Assembly (NCBI GenBank): GCA_018660835.1
Contig: JABJJN010000011.1
Coordinates: 26,489-90,488, forward strand
Reading direction: 5' to 3'
DNA from: Gemmatimonadota bacterium
GTDB lineage: Bacteria; Latescibacterota; UBA2968; UBA8231
Length of the DNA: 64,000 bases
Shown here in pieces: positions 27,111-38,672 of the stretch. Positions within the stretch are counted from its first letter, which is position 1, and the number at the start of each line of letters is the position of its first letter. A program made the translations under genes and the position numbers. The notes beneath the pieces were generated by a model. That model was not told where the DNA came from. It ran no database searches and saw only the letters and a list, made by a program, of their open reading frames with translations.

Positions 27111-28145
27111 ATGGTTGATCCGCCGAAAGTCGACTCCTCGAGCAGTTCACGGGCCACGGCCAGACGGCTTCGCTCGACGGTTGTTCACGCCATTCGAGAT
27201 TTCTTCGTCCGGCAGGATTTTCTCGAGGTGGACACGCCATTGCTGGTTGCGGCGCCGGGGTCTGAAGCGACCCTCGATCCACTGCAAGTAAGGGGACCGA
27301 CGGGCACCAGTGGATGGTTGATTTCGTCTCCAGAGCATCATATGAAGCGGCTACTCTGCGATGGCGAGTCTCGCATTTACCAGATCTGCCGCTGTTTTCG
27401 AGGGGGAGAGCACTCGCCGCACCATCGAGAGGAATTCACGATGGTGGAGTGGTATAGACGGGACGCAGACTATCAGCAGATTGCCACCGATGTCGAGCAA
27501 TTGGTGGCACATGTTGCGTCCACATACTCAGGGCATCTGACGGTCCAGGATCCGCATGGAGTGAGTGTCGATCTGACACCGCCCTGGCCCCAATGGACAA
27601 TCGCTGATGCAATGGCTGAGTTCGCCGGCATTCACCTGCCACCTCCTGATGACGCGACAGGGCTGCATGCGGCGGCTGTGGCAGCCGGGATGTCCTCCAT
27701 CAATCCTGAGGACGACTGGGAGACGGCCTTTTACAAGATTCTAATCGAAAGGGTCGAGCCGTCGCTGGCGCGCACGGGCCGAGGTGTGCACCTTCTCGAT
27801 TGGCCGGCGCCGATGGCTGCTCTGTCCCGACTGAGCCGGAGCAATCCATCTGTGGCGGAACGAGTGGAATCATACGCCGGAGGGCTTGAACTTTCGAATG
27901 GATTTTCGGAGCTCACTGACCCCCGTGAACAACGACGACGCTTTCGCACGGAACGACTGCGTCGGCACAATCGACAGGGCTCGCTGCTGCCAGTGGATGA
28001 GTCGTTTCTCCGTGGTCTCGCCAGGGGAATGCCCGACGCAGCTGGCGTAGCACTTGGGCTTGATCGTCTGATGTTATTGGTGAGTCCAACCAACGACCTG
28101 CGCTATCTGGCGCCGCACGTGATGGAGCATAGAGGAACAGAATGA
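27111..28145 (+). CDS. epmA: EF-P lysine aminoacylase (EpmA/GenX)
   Basis: FLEVDTP, SSPEHHMKRLL, EFTMVEWYR, ELSNGFSELTDP, GVALGLDRL; no anticodon-binding domain. Confidence 0.9.
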   Translation: MVDPPKVDSSSSSRATARRLRSTVVHAIRDFFVRQDFLEVDTPLLVAAPGSEATLDPLQVRGPTGTSGWLISSPEHHMKRLLCDGESRIYQICRCFRGGEHSPHHREEFTMVEWYRRDADYQQIATDVEQLVAHVASTYSGHLTVQDPHGVSVDLTPPWPQWTIADAMAEFAGIHLPPPDDATGLHAAAVAAGMSSINPEDDWETAFYKILIERVEPSLARTGRGVHLLDWPAPMAALSRLSRSNPSVAERVESYAGGLELSNGFSELTDPREQRRRFRTERLRRHNRQGSLLPVDESFLRGLARGMPDAAGVALGLDRLMLLVSPTNDLRYLAPHVMEHRGTE

Positions 28146-29032
28146 GTCGAATTCTGATCGTAAGCGCGGACGAAAACGTCGCGGACGAGATTCGAAAGGC
28201 GCTGCCTGACGAGATGTACGACCTGGTACGCTCCACGGATGTGGATGGTGGTTTTGAGCACCTAGAAAGTGGCGATGAGCGCTGCGATTTGGTGCTCTAC
28301 GACCACCGACTCACGACCAGCGAGGGATCAGAGCTCGGACGATATGTTGATCGCGCCAGTGCGATCGACACGCCCGTTGTCGTGATGAGCGAGGCAACCG
28401 AGTCCGTGGATTGGGTTCCCCTGCTGAATGCAGGGGCGATCGATCATTTGCTGATTGATCCCATCGAAGCAGACGTCCTTGCGGCGAGGATTGGCGTGCT
28501 CTTGCGCTTGAAAGAGCGGATTGACCAACTGCGAGCCGAAGCCGTCATCGACGAACTTACGGGTGTTCATAATCGACGCTATCTCGATGAACAGCTCGGT
28601 GCGCGCTTGGGAGAAGCGGCTCGCTATGAGATGCCTTTCTCTATTGGCCTTCTCGACATAGACCACTTTAAGCTCGTCAACGATGCCCACGGACACCTGG
28701 CGGGGGATCGCGTATTGCAGGAAACGGCGAGCATCATCCGCAAGCAGATGCGCAAGGAGGACGTACTTGTTCGCTATGGCGGAGAAGAATTCGCCGTGAT
28801 GCTGCCGCAGACAGATCGCCTTGGATCGGCCATCCTCTGCGAGAGGATCAGGGAGGCGATTGCTGAGCACAGTTTTGATATCGACGCGAAGTCGCTGCGG
28901 ATTACGGTGAGTGTGGGCGTTGCCTCATACCCCCTTGATGACGCAGCCGAGCCTGAGCAACTGGTGGCCATCTCAGACAAGAGGTTGTATCAGGCGAAGG
29001 AGGCTGGCCGCAATCAGAGTGTTTTTGAGTAA
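28142..29032 (+). CDS. Response-regulator diguanylate cyclase (REC-GGDEF)
   Basis: REC-like N-terminus; DELTGVHNRR, DIDHFKLVND, RKED I-site, RYGGEEF. Confidence 0.93.
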   Translation: MSRILIVSADENVADEIRKALPDEMYDLVRSTDVDGGFEHLESGDERCDLVLYDHRLTTSEGSELGRYVDRASAIDTPVVVMSEATESVDWVPLLNAGAIDHLLIDPIEADVLAARIGVLLRLKERIDQLRAEAVIDELTGVHNRRYLDEQLGARLGEAARYEMPFSIGLLDIDHFKLVNDAHGHLAGDRVLQETASIIRKQMRKEDVLVRYGGEEFAVMLPQTDRLGSAILCERIREAIAEHSFDIDAKSLRITVSVGVASYPLDDAAEPEQLVAISDKRLYQAKEAGRNQSVFE

Positions 29033-29040
29033 ACGGTCCA

Positions 29041-29140
29041 ATTGCCCCTGATGGATTGCCCCTGATGGATTGCCCCTGACGGATTGCCCCTGACGGATTG
29101 CCCCTGACGGATTGCCTCTGACGGATTGCCTCTGACGGAT
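29041..29140. repeat. 14-bp tandem repeat x7 (ATTGCCYCTGAYGG) between convergent genes
   Basis: 2x attgcccctgatgg, 3x attgcccctgacgg, 2x attgcctctgacgg. Confidence 0.95.
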
Positions 29141-29183
29141 CGTTGCTGGCAGAGGCTGCCGTCTGAGGATCTTCAGCCGTCCG

Positions 29184-29792
29184 TCACGCAGATGAGGAGT
29201 CGGTGGCGTCGTGCGCTGTCTTGAGTATCTCATCGATTAACCCAAAATCACGGGCTTCGTCTGCCGAGAGGAAGTAATCTCGCTCGGTGACATGTTCGAT
29301 GGTCTCCAGATTCTTTCCGGTGCAATTGACGAGAATCTGATTGAGACGGCTACGCCAACTCATGATCTCCCTTGCGTGGATCTCGACATCTGACGCCTGT
29401 CCACCCACACCTCCCCAAGGCTGGTGCAGCATCACCCGTGAATGGGGGAGAGCATGTCGTTTCCCCTTCGTGCCTCCAGCCAGCAGAATAGCACTCATAC
29501 TGTAAGCCTGGCCTACGCACAGTGTGGCTACATCGCAGGGCACGTGCTGCATCGTGTCATAGATCGCCAGTCCTGCCGTGATCAGTCCCCCGGGGCTGTT
29601 GATGTAGAGGGAGATATCCTTCTTGGGATCTTCGGAGGCAAGGAACAGCAGCTGTGCGACAATGAGGTTCGCCTCAGCGTCGTCGACACCGGAACCGATG
29701 AAGATGATGCGCTCTTTGAGCAGACGAGAAAAAATGTCGTAGGCTCGTTCGCCACGACCGGTCTGCTCGATGACCATTGGGATCACTGCCAT
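29184..29792 (-). CDS. clpP: ATP-dependent Clp protease proteolytic subunit
   Basis: [53 protein letters not shown]. Confidence 0.96.
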   Translation of the reverse strand: MAVIPMVIEQTGRGERAYDIFSRLLKERIIFIGSGVDDAEANLIVAQLLFLASEDPKKDISLYINSPGGLITAGLAIYDTMQHVPCDVATLCVGQAYSMSAILLAGGTKGKRHALPHSRVMLHQPWGGVGGQASDVEIHAREIMSWRSRLNQILVNCTGKNLETIEHVTERDYFLSADEARDFGLIDEILKTAHDATDSSSA

Positions 29793-29849
29793 GTCGCTCG
29801 ATTCTGTCGTTGAAAGCGGTTGATAACCTCCACTTGGGAGGGGTTTGTG

Positions 29850-29922
29850 AGGATAACAGCCCTCGCTGAGACTGTCAACGCACCCAAACACACGTTGACA
29901 CTGTGGCACGGGCAGATACATT
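29850..29922. promoter_or_regulatory. Back-to-back sigma70 promoters for clpP and hflKC
   Basis: Minus strand TTGACA-17-TATCCT; plus strand TTGACA-16-TACATT; together they form TGTCAACG-N12-CGTTGACA. Confidence 0.65.
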
Positions 29923-30101
29923 CCCACATCGCGGTGGCCTGTCGTGTAGGCCCTGCGAATTTCTTCGAAAATGTGCCTACTGATTCGTGCGATCCAGCGC
30001 CTGATGCGCAGGCACGAACTGTCGGATGCCGATCGCTGGGTTCCCAGTTGTCGGCGGCCAAAGTCTGGTGATAGAACCGATGTCAGCTGAGAGGTTTTTC
30101 A

Positions 30102-31106
30102 ATGCCGCAACAATTTGATTTTCCCAAGAGCCCGGTACCCAACTTCAAGGTTCAGCCCAAGACGATCTATCTCGTCCTGGGCGTACTACTGACTCTCTGG
30201 CTGATGAGTGGGGTGTATACGGTTGCCCCCGATGAGAAGGCGGTGATCCTGCGCTTCGGCAAGTTGTCAGAAGTCGTGGAACCAGGGCTTCACTATCACA
30301 TGCCACCTCCAATCGAGATGCACATCATCCGATCGGTAACCAAGGTCTACCGTGAGGAAATCGGTTTCCGTACGATCGATCCCGGGCCCCCAGCGCGCTA
30401 TCGTCAGAAACCAGATGAAGCCCTGATGCTCACGGGCGACGAGAACATCGTCAATGTCGAAATGGTTGTGCAGTATCGGATAACCGATGTCGTTCGCGCC
30501 CTGTTCAAGGTTCAGCGACTGGGGCCATTCGAGGGAGGCGGGGATGGACTGGTGCACGATGCCGCCGAAGCGGCCCTGCGCCAAGTGGTCGGACGTCACG
30601 GAATCGATGAAGTGCTGACGGAGGGCAAGCTGCGCATCCAGACCGAAATCAAGCAGAAGTTGCAGGATCTCTTCGTCCTGTATGATTGCGGTCTGGCTGT
30701 CGAGACCGTCCAATTGCAGTCGGTTGGCCCCCCGTCACAGGTGGATTCTGCTTTCAAAGACGTGGCAAGTGCCAAGGAGGACCGTGAGCGCCTCGTCAAC
30801 GAGGCGCGAGGATATCAGAATGACATCATCCCCAAGGCGCGCGGTGAAGCAGAGCGGCATGTCAAAGAAGCGGAGAGCTACAAGGTCGAGAGAGTACGTC
30901 GCGCCCAAGGTGACGCGGATCGGTTTGGTTCGGTGTACGCTGAGTACGTGAAGGCGCCCGAAATCACAGAGCGACGGCTATATATCGAGACCATGGAGCG
31001 GATCATGCCCGGTATCCAGAAATACGTAATTGGTACGGGCGAAGGCGATGCCAGCCTTCTTAACCTGATAAACCTCGACCGGGCTCAACCCGGTCTGAGT
31101 CGCTGA
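30102..31106 (+). CDS. hflK: FtsH protease modulator HflK
   Basis: AVILRFGK, MLTGDENIV, NEARGYQNDIIPKARGEA, RLYIETME. Confidence 0.95.
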   Translation: MPQQFDFPKSPVPNFKVQPKTIYLVLGVLLTLWLMSGVYTVAPDEKAVILRFGKLSEVVEPGLHYHMPPPIEMHIIRSVTKVYREEIGFRTIDPGPPARYRQKPDEALMLTGDENIVNVEMVVQYRITDVVRALFKVQRLGPFEGGGDGLVHDAAEAALRQVVGRHGIDEVLTEGKLRIQTEIKQKLQDLFVLYDCGLAVETVQLQSVGPPSQVDSAFKDVASAKEDRERLVNEARGYQNDIIPKARGEAERHVKEAESYKVERVRRAQGDADRFGSVYAEYVKAPEITERRLYIETMERIMPGIQKYVIGTGEGDASLLNLINLDRAQPGLSR

Positions 31107-31117
31107 AGGAGGCGATC

Positions 31118-31975
31118 ATGAGAACAGCCGTCAGTCTCGTCGTCGTCCTCGTTATCGCCTTATTCGGTGCAAACCTGGTCTTTTTCACTGTCAATGAGAT
31201 CGAGCAGGTCGTGGTGACACAGTTCGGGAAACCAAAACGAGTCATCACCGAGCCGGGCCTGTATATGAAACTTCCGGATCCGTTTCAGCGCACGACATCC
31301 TTCGACAAGCGTCTGCTGGAGTACGATTCCAATCCAGATCCGATTTACACGCAGGACAAGAAAATTCTCCTGCTGGATAACTATGCACGCTGGCGCATTG
31401 TCGACGCACTCGTATTCATGCGTGCCTTGCGCACGGTGGATGAAGCATTGGCCAGGCTGGACGACATTGTCTATTCGGAATTACGCAAGGAACTAGGTCA
31501 GCACGAGCTGATCGAAGTCGTGGCGACGAATCGTGAACCCATCATGGAACTGGTCACGCAACGGGCAAATGAAGCTGCCAAGGTCTTCGGGTTGGAGATC
31601 GTCGACGTAAGAGTCAAACGTGCAGACCTACCACCGGAAAACGAGAGTGCAGTCTACGAACGGATGCGCGCCGAACGTGATCGTGAAGCCAAAGGTTATC
31701 GTTCGGAAGGCGAGGAGCAGGCCCTCAAGATTCGCGCCGAGACCGATCTTCAGGCGGCCACGATTCAGGCCGAAGCCTATGAACGTGCTCAAGGTATCCG
31801 TGGTGAGGGGGATGCGACAGCCCTGGCAACCTACGCCGCAGCCTACAAGAAGGCTGCCGACTTCTATCAGTTTACGCGCACGTTGGAAGCGTACGAGGCA
31901 GCCCTGAAGGAGAAGACGGTGATTGTACAGCCTGCGGACACGGACTTCTTCAAGTATTTGCTGGGTCGTCCGTAA
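31118..31975 (+). CDS. hflC: FtsH protease modulator HflC
   Basis: VVTQFGKP, DNYARWRI, VDVRVKRADLP, VYERMRAER, FYQFTRTLEAY. Confidence 0.95.
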   Translation: MRTAVSLVVVLVIALFGANLVFFTVNEIEQVVVTQFGKPKRVITEPGLYMKLPDPFQRTTSFDKRLLEYDSNPDPIYTQDKKILLLDNYARWRIVDALVFMRALRTVDEALARLDDIVYSELRKELGQHELIEVVATNREPIMELVTQRANEAAKVFGLEIVDVRVKRADLPPENESAVYERMRAERDREAKGYRSEGEEQALKIRAETDLQAATIQAEAYERAQGIRGEGDATALATYAAAYKKAADFYQFTRTLEAYEAALKEKTVIVQPADTDFFKYLLGRP

Positions 31976-31995
31976 GACGGGTCGAGATTGCCGGC

Positions 31996-32652
31996 GTGGG
32001 CGACGGCACGTCTGATCCAGGCGTTGAGAGAGCCGTGTTGCGGATTGCGATTACGGGCAACATGGGCAGTGGCAAGTCGAGTCTCGCCAACTTGCTGGCA
32101 GAGCGAGGTGCGCAGGTGGTTGATGCGGATGCATTGGCTAGGCAGCTTCTTGCATCGGACGAGACATTACGCAGAGCCCTCGCCAATGCCTTTGGTGCTG
32201 ATCTGCTCGATAGCAGTGGCCTCCTTCGGCGCGATCTGCTCGCAGAACGAGCCTTTGCGAATGATGCAGCGCGGCAACAACTAGACGAGTTGATCCGGGA
32301 GCCACTTGAAAAGCTTCTGTTTCGTTCACTTGAAGAAGCTGCAGAAACGAATCGTGTGGTCATCCTCGATGCACCACTGCTTTTCGAATGGCGGATCGAG
32401 GCTCGCTTTGATGTCGTGATTGTTGTCACGTCATCGCCCCAAAGAGCCCTGCAGCGTTTACAGCGAAGGGGGGTCTCTGCAGAGCAGGCCCGTCGTCGTC
32501 GCTCGACGCAGTTTCCTCAGAAGCAGCAAGTTGAACTGGCTGACATTGTCATCGACAACGATCAGGATCTGACACATCTGGCGGCACAGGCTGACAAGGC
32601 TTGGGCTCTGATACAGGATCGGATTCAAGGAAGGGATGTTGGGAGTGAGTGA
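31996..32652 (+). CDS. coaE: Dephospho-CoA kinase
   Basis: IAITGNMGSGKS, VVDADALAR, LDAPLLFE, ADIVIDN. Confidence 0.93.
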   Translation: MGDGTSDPGVERAVLRIAITGNMGSGKSSLANLLAERGAQVVDADALARQLLASDETLRRALANAFGADLLDSSGLLRRDLLAERAFANDAARQQLDELIREPLEKLLFRSLEEAAETNRVVILDAPLLFEWRIEARFDVVIVVTSSPQRALQRLQRRGVSAEQARRRRSTQFPQKQQVELADIVIDNDQDLTHLAAQADKAWALIQDRIQGRDVGSE

Positions 32653-33778
32653 GGAACCGTTGCGGCAAACGCCTCTCCATGGCCACCATGCGAAGGCGGG
32701 CGCCCGCCTGGTTGCTTTCGCCGGATGGGATATGCCCGTTCAGTACGTTGGTATAGCCGAGGAGCACCTTGCCGTCCGGCAGGGCGTAGGCTGCTTCGAT
32801 GTAAGTCACATGGGGCGGCTGTATGTTGACGGTTCCGAGTCGGTTAGTTGGCTTGAGACGGTTCTGCCTGCCCGGATTGCCAGCTTACGTATCGGTCAGA
32901 TGGCGTACTCTGTCTTGTGCACGACAGATGGAGGCGCCATTGATGATCTGGCCGTGTACCGCTGTTCGAGTTCGCGATTCCTGCTCGTTGTCAATGCCTC
33001 ACGGGCTACGGAAGATCTTGAGGCCCTTGAGGCGCTGCGACCGAGGGATGGCTCCGTTGTCATCGAGGATCGGACCCTGCAGGAGGCGATGATCGCCGTC
33101 CAGGGTCCTGGGTCACTTCATTGTCTACACCAGATCAGTACGATCAAGCGCTTTGGAGACCTGACGCCTCTCGGCTTTTTCCGATTTCGTCAGCACCGAG
33201 AGGCCGATGACTCTTGGCTGTTGAGTCGCAGCGGCTATACGGGAGAGGATGGGTTCGAGATCATCTGTCCTGCCCACGAGGCGAGCGCCCTCTGGGAAGC
33301 CCTGGTGGCTGCTGGCGTGACACCGATCGGCTTGGGCGCCAGGGATACTCTGCGTACCGAGATGGGCTATGCCCTGTACGGCCATGAATTGTCCACCGAG
33401 ATCGGCCCGATCGAGGCGGGCCTGGAATGGGCACTGGCCCTTGAAAAGGAAATGGATTTTCAGGGGCGGACGGCACTGCTGACACGCCGCCAGGGAAGTC
33501 GACGACTGCTGGGGCTGCGTATTGACGGCAAGGGGATCCCACGGCCCGGCTACGAAGTTGCCCAGGATGACAAAATCATTGGCGTCGTCACGAGCGGTAC
33601 CTATTCACCATCTCTTCAGGCAGGAATCGCCTTGGCACTGGTAGATCTGTCCTTGGTAGATCAACTGCGACAGGCAGCGATCATCATTCGGGGAAAGCAG
33701 GTCCCTGCTCAATTCTCTGAGCTTCCCTTCGTTGTGTCACGGGTGAAGCGTCGACTTCGTAAGAGGACTGTATCGTGA
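32636..33778 (+). CDS. gcvT: Glycine cleavage system T protein
   Basis: [50 protein letters not shown]. Confidence 0.96.
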   Translation: MLGVSEEPLRQTPLHGHHAKAGARLVAFAGWDMPVQYVGIAEEHLAVRQGVGCFDVSHMGRLYVDGSESVSWLETVLPARIASLRIGQMAYSVLCTTDGGAIDDLAVYRCSSSRFLLVVNASRATEDLEALEALRPRDGSVVIEDRTLQEAMIAVQGPGSLHCLHQISTIKRFGDLTPLGFFRFRQHREADDSWLLSRSGYTGEDGFEIICPAHEASALWEALVAAGVTPIGLGARDTLRTEMGYALYGHELSTEIGPIEAGLEWALALEKEMDFQGRTALLTRRQGSRRLLGLRIDGKGIPRPGYEVAQDDKIIGVVTSGTYSPSLQAGIALALVDLSLVDQLRQAAIIIRGKQVPAQFSELPFVVSRVKRRLRKRTVS

Positions 33779-36624
33779 GTGTAGAATTTGCCCGCCGTCA
33801 TATTGGCCCCAGTCAACCGCAGATTGACGGGATGCTCAAGGAACTCGGCTTCGAGAGTCTGGATGCGCTGACAGCAGATGCTGTTCCGGCTGCCATCCTC
33901 GACGATGAGTCCTTCGAAATGGAGCCTGCCTGGAGCGAGCATCAATTACTCAGCAACCTGCGCCGGATCGGTCGTCGGAACCAGGATGCGCGATCATATA
34001 TCGGTATGGGGTATCACGATTGCATTACGCCTCCTGTGATTCAGCGCAATATTCTCGAAAACCCGGCCTGGTATACGCAGTACACTCCGTACCAATCAGA
34101 GATCGCTCAGGGACGACTTGAGGCACTGCTGAATTTCCAGACAGTGATCATCGATCTGACAGGATTGCCACTGGCGAATGCGTCCCTGCTTGATGAGGCA
34201 ACTGCCGCAGCGGAAGCGATGGCGATGCTGCAAGCAGCACAGGGTCGCCGTGGAACGGCAGATCGGTTCTTCGTAGCAGCCGATGTCCATCCACAAACAC
34301 TCGCCGTAGTTGAAACACGTGCACGATGGCGCGGATGGAAGCTTGTCGTAGAACCAGCAGCGGATTTCGACGCCTCACTGGAGAAATACGCGGGTGAGAT
34401 TTTTGGCGCCCTGTTCCAGTATCCGGCCACCGATGGTGCGATCGATGTCGCTGCCACCCGGCAGCGGATCGCCGCCGCTGACGCCGCCCAGGTACCGGTC
34501 GTTGTCGCCGCCGACCCACTCGCCCTCACGCTGCTGCCCCCACCGGGTGAACTGGGCGCAGCGATTGCTATCGGCTCAACCCAACGTTTTGGCATGCCGA
34601 TGGGGTTCGGTGGTCCGCATGCAGCCTACCTGGCAGCCAGTAGTGATTTCAAGCGGCTACTACCAGGACGAATCATCGGTGTCACGCGTGATATTGATGG
34701 AAGACCTGCCCTGCGGATGGCTTTACAGACCCGAGAACAGCACATCCGTCGTGAGAAGGCGACAAGCAACATTTGCACGGCTCAGGTCCTTCCTGCCGTG
34801 GTGGCCAGCATGTACGCGGTCTATCACGGCCCCGAAGGGCTTCGTGCCATCGCAGCAGCTGTGCATGAGCATGCGTGCCAATTGGCAGCAACGGCTGAGG
34901 CAAATGGACTGCAGTTGGTGCACGACATGTTCTTCGACACGATCGCCTTGAAGGGAGACCCAGATGTCGTGGCCGCCGTGCATTCCAGAGCAAAGGCTGC
35001 GAATATCAATCTTCGCTCCATTGACCCAGATATCTTCTGCATCAGCCTCGATGAGGCGACAACGGCAGATGATCTTACGCAGCTGGCGGATGTATTGGGC
35101 GGCTCAGAGGGCCGTGAGTCCGTCGCCTCGCGTCTTGTTGCAGGGAGTCTAAGAGAGTCGGACTTCATGCAACATCCAGTCTTCGAACGCTATCGTTCCG
35201 AGACGGAGATGCTGCGTTACATGCGACGGTTAGACCATCGGGACCTCTCATTGACGACGTCTATGATCCCCCTGGGCTCCTGTACCATGAAGCTGAATGC
35301 CACGGCAGAGATGATGCCGATCACGTGGCCTGAGTTCGCGCGGCCCCATCCCTTTGCACCGATGTCACAGAATGACGGGTATGCAGAGATCTTCGAGGAT
35401 CTTGAGAAGCAGCTATCTAAGCTTACCGGTCTTGGTGGCGTGTCATTGCAGCCCAATGCTGGGTCACAAGGTGAATATGCCGGTCTTCTCGTCATCCATC
35501 GGTATCATGAAGACCGTGGGGATCATGACCGGCGAGTGTGCCTGATTCCAACGTCCGCCCATGGCACAAATCCGGCGAGTGCCGTCATGGCTGGACTTGA
35601 GGTCGCCCTCGTTGCCTGTGACGATCATGGCAACATTGACCTGGAGGACCTGCGGGACAAGGCTGAGAAGCATTCAGCACAATTGGCTGCACTCATGGTG
35701 ACCTACCCATCGACGCACGGCGTATTCGAAGAGGGTATCCGTGACATATGTGACGTCATCCATGCCCAGGGCGGTCTCGTGTATATGGATGGGGCGAACA
35801 TGAATGCCATGGTAGGTCTGTGCCGCCCTGGAGAATTTGGCGTCGATGTGTGTCACCTCAATCTGCACAAGACGTTCTGCATTCCCCATGGTGGTGGGGG
35901 GCCCGGTATGGGACCGATTGCGGTGGCAGATCACCTGACACGCTATCTGCCTGCCCACCCCTTAGACAAGAGCGATCCCGCTCGTGTGGGTGCGGTTGCC
36001 GCCGCCCCCTACAGCAGTGCCGTCATTCTGCTGATTTCCTGGGCCTACCTGAAAATGATGGGTGGTGAGGGACTGCGGCGAGCGACACAGGTGGCCATCC
36101 TGAATGCAAACTATGTTGCCCATCGGTTACACAAAGCGTATCCCGTCCTCTACCGAGGCAAATCCGGCCTGGTTGCGCATGAAGCAATCTGCGATCTTCG
36201 CGGTTTCAAGCACGTGGAGGTTGACGATGTGGCCAAGCGTCTGATGGACTACGGATTCCATGCGCCCACCGTACACTTTCCCGTGCCCGGCACGATCATG
36301 ATTGAGCCCACCGAGAGTGAGGCTCGCCAGGAACTGGACCGCTTCTGTGATGCCTTATTGTCGATCAGGAAAGAGATCGCCGATATCGAGGACGGGCACT
36401 GTGACTCACAGGACAATCTGCTGCGAAATGCCCCACACACGATCGCGCATGTATTGTCACAAGAGTGGACACATTCATACTCACGAGAGTCAGCGACCCG
36501 CCCGGGAGCGTGGCAGCAAGAACACAAGTTCTGGCCCAGTGTTGGCCGCATCGACAATGCCTTTGGCGACAGGCAACTCGTGTGTGCGTGCCCACCCATC
36601 GAAGATTACCTCCCGGTGACCTAG
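33775..36624 (+). CDS. gcvP: Glycine dehydrogenase (single-chain P protein)
   Basis: [51 protein letters not shown]. Confidence 0.97.
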   Translation: MSVEFARRHIGPSQPQIDGMLKELGFESLDALTADAVPAAILDDESFEMEPAWSEHQLLSNLRRIGRRNQDARSYIGMGYHDCITPPVIQRNILENPAWYTQYTPYQSEIAQGRLEALLNFQTVIIDLTGLPLANASLLDEATAAAEAMAMLQAAQGRRGTADRFFVAADVHPQTLAVVETRARWRGWKLVVEPAADFDASLEKYAGEIFGALFQYPATDGAIDVAATRQRIAAADAAQVPVVVAADPLALTLLPPPGELGAAIAIGSTQRFGMPMGFGGPHAAYLAASSDFKRLLPGRIIGVTRDIDGRPALRMALQTREQHIRREKATSNICTAQVLPAVVASMYAVYHGPEGLRAIAAAVHEHACQLAATAEANGLQLVHDMFFDTIALKGDPDVVAAVHSRAKAANINLRSIDPDIFCISLDEATTADDLTQLADVLGGSEGRESVASRLVAGSLRESDFMQHPVFERYRSETEMLRYMRRLDHRDLSLTTSMIPLGSCTMKLNATAEMMPITWPEFARPHPFAPMSQNDGYAEIFEDLEKQLSKLTGLGGVSLQPNAGSQGEYAGLLVIHRYHEDRGDHDRRVCLIPTSAHGTNPASAVMAGLEVALVACDDHGNIDLEDLRDKAEKHSAQLAALMVTYPSTHGVFEEGIRDICDVIHAQGGLVYMDGANMNAMVGLCRPGEFGVDVCHLNLHKTFCIPHGGGGPGMGPIAVADHLTRYLPAHPLDKSDPARVGAVAAAPYSSAVILLISWAYLKMMGGEGLRRATQVAILNANYVAHRLHKAYPVLYRGKSGLVAHEAICDLRGFKHVEVDDVAKRLMDYGFHAPTVHFPVPGTIMIEPTESEARQELDRFCDALLSIRKEIADIEDGHCDSQDNLLRNAPHTIAHVLSQEWTHSYSRESATRPGAWQQEHKFWPSVGRIDNAFGDRQLVCACPPIEDYLPVT

Positions 36625-36663
36625 TCGATACAGCCGGATCATTGACGAAAGGCAGCTGCATCC

Positions 36664-37641
36664 ATGTCGAGCGAACGCCGACGTGCCCTGGTGACAGGCA
36701 TCACGGGGCAAGACGGCTCCTATCTTGCCGAACTCCTGCTGGCAAAGGGCTATGAAGTTTTCGGGCTGATTCGACGCTCGAGTACGGTGAACTTCGAACG
36801 CATCGAGCACATCCAGGAAGATATCCATCTGCTGTCCGGCGATCTGCTGGATCAGAATTCTCTCATGTTCGCGATCCAGGAATCGAGACCACAAGAAGTC
36901 TACAATCTCGGCGCCCAGTCCTTTGTCCCTGCCTCGTGGGAGCAACCGTTGCTGACGGGCGAGATCACCGCCCTGGGCGTGGCCCGTATTTTGGAGGCGA
37001 TCCGCTCGATCGATCCCAGCATCCGTTTTTATCAGGCGTCGACGAGCGAACTTTTTGGCAAGGTTCAGGAATCACCGCAATCGGAGCGAACACCTTTTTA
37101 CCCTCGCAGTCCTTATGGTGTTTCGAAGATGTATGCCCATTGGATCACGATTAATTACCGTGAGTCCTACGACTTGTTTGCCTGCGCTGGCATCCTATTC
37201 AACCACGAGTCACCACGACGAGGTCTGGAATTTGTCACGCGCAAGATCACCAATGGCGTAGCACGCATTAAGCATGGCCTCACCAACGAACTGGCGTTGG
37301 GCAACCTTGATGCCCGACGCGACTGGGGTTTTGCCGGTGATTTTGTTCGTGCCATGTGGATGATGCTGCAACAGGACAAACCAACGGATTTTGTAATTGC
37401 TACCGGTGACGACCGCACGATTCGGGAATTCTGTCAGGTGGCTTTCGATGCGGCCGGTTTGAACTGGGAAGATCATGTCGTGCTCGATAAACGCTTCCTA
37501 CGCCCAGCAGAGGTTGAAATCCTCAAGGGCGACGCTTCCAGGGCGAGAGACGAACTCGGGTGGAAACCGGAGGTTTCCTTCGAAGAGATGGTCCAACTTA
37601 TGGTGGAACGCGATCTGGAGATCGTCGCAGCCCTCAAATGA
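36664..37641 (+). CDS. gmd: GDP-mannose 4,6-dehydratase
   Basis: [39 protein letters not shown]. Confidence 0.96.
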   Translation: MSSERRRALVTGITGQDGSYLAELLLAKGYEVFGLIRRSSTVNFERIEHIQEDIHLLSGDLLDQNSLMFAIQESRPQEVYNLGAQSFVPASWEQPLLTGEITALGVARILEAIRSIDPSIRFYQASTSELFGKVQESPQSERTPFYPRSPYGVSKMYAHWITINYRESYDLFACAGILFNHESPRRGLEFVTRKITNGVARIKHGLTNELALGNLDARRDWGFAGDFVRAMWMMLQQDKPTDFVIATGDDRTIREFCQVAFDAAGLNWEDHVVLDKRFLRPAEVEILKGDASRARDELGWKPEVSFEEMVQLMVERDLEIVAALK

Positions 37642-38657
37642 CGAAGTTGGTCGTATGGTCGGTGGCACTCATCCTCAAACTGTTCCTGCTTGGCTGTACC
37701 CCTGCCACAGAAGAAGTGGGCGCAAGCGCGCCGCTCACGGTGGGCGAGCTATGGCACGCCCTGCAGATTCAAGAGCCATCGACCTCAGAAGGAATCCGGG
37801 CGCGGATCGACTCGGTCAGCGAACGTCGTGACATCGTCACGCAATATCTAACTCTGTTTGTCGGCGATAGTGCCATTCCTGCCCTGGCCTGCTATTCCCG
37901 TCTTGGCGACAGCCAACGACTCCCGACACTGCTGTGGATGCCTGGCAGCCCCAACATCAAGGAAGATCTGATTCACACACTCGACTTGCTGCCAACCTGG
38001 GCAGATCGAGGCTTCTTCGTGTTCAGTATCGACAGACCTTTCCATGGTGATCGTCCCGGGGACCGCGAGCAGGAAATCCGCCAGCGGGGGTTGCCTGCAG
38101 TACTGGGCGACTACATCGTCGATCTTCAACGGGCCGTCGACTATCTGATGACTCGACCTGAAGTCGACAGCGAGCGCCTGGGGATGATTGGCCTATCCAC
38201 GGGTGGCCTGGAAGCCCTCATTCTCGGTGCCATCGATCCACGACTAAAGGCGATCATCTGCGTGTCGGGGCAGGTCACGTGGCCGGAGGTGTTCGCTTCG
38301 GGCACGTGGAAGAAGATCTTCGCTGGCCTGCCGGTGGCAGACTCGTTGATCGCCGCGGGAGCAGCAAGTGGTGACGCACTCGCCACACTGTCTGCGCGGA
38401 TGCCTGGCCTGACGAGTCTTGATGCGGCTCGCCTCGTACCACTGATCGCTCCACGCCCACTGCTGTTGCTCGGCGGCGTGAACGACCTACTCGTCCCCAG
38501 GACCAGTTCTCATGCTACCGCAGCTGCAGCAGAACGCGCGTATGCGAGCCAGAGCACGCCGGACCATTTCACGATGATATTGGAGCCCGGCCGCGGCCAT
38601 GCCTTTTCAAAGAAAATGCAGGCCCGCACATTGGCTTGGTGCGAGCGCTGGCTGTAG
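37638..38657 (+). CDS. Exported alpha/beta hydrolase (dienelactone hydrolase/esterase-like), possible lipoprotein
   Basis: GLSTGG nucleophile elbow, [12 protein letters not shown]; N-terminal signal with LLGC; ATG overlaps the gmd stop. Confidence 0.82.
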   Translation: MTKLVVWSVALILKLFLLGCTPATEEVGASAPLTVGELWHALQIQEPSTSEGIRARIDSVSERRDIVTQYLTLFVGDSAIPALACYSRLGDSQRLPTLLWMPGSPNIKEDLIHTLDLLPTWADRGFFVFSIDRPFHGDRPGDREQEIRQRGLPAVLGDYIVDLQRAVDYLMTRPEVDSERLGMIGLSTGGLEALILGAIDPRLKAIICVSGQVTWPEVFASGTWKKIFAGLPVADSLIAAGAASGDALATLSARMPGLTSLDAARLVPLIAPRPLLLLGGVNDLLVPRTSSHATAAAAERAYASQSTPDHFTMILEPGRGHAFSKKMQARTLAWCERWL

Positions 38658-38672
38658 GCAGGTGGGGGAGCG

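Noticed and set aside
29041-29140. Possible CRISPR array
   Set aside because: Units are 14 bp and contiguous with no unique spacers; no cas genes in the window
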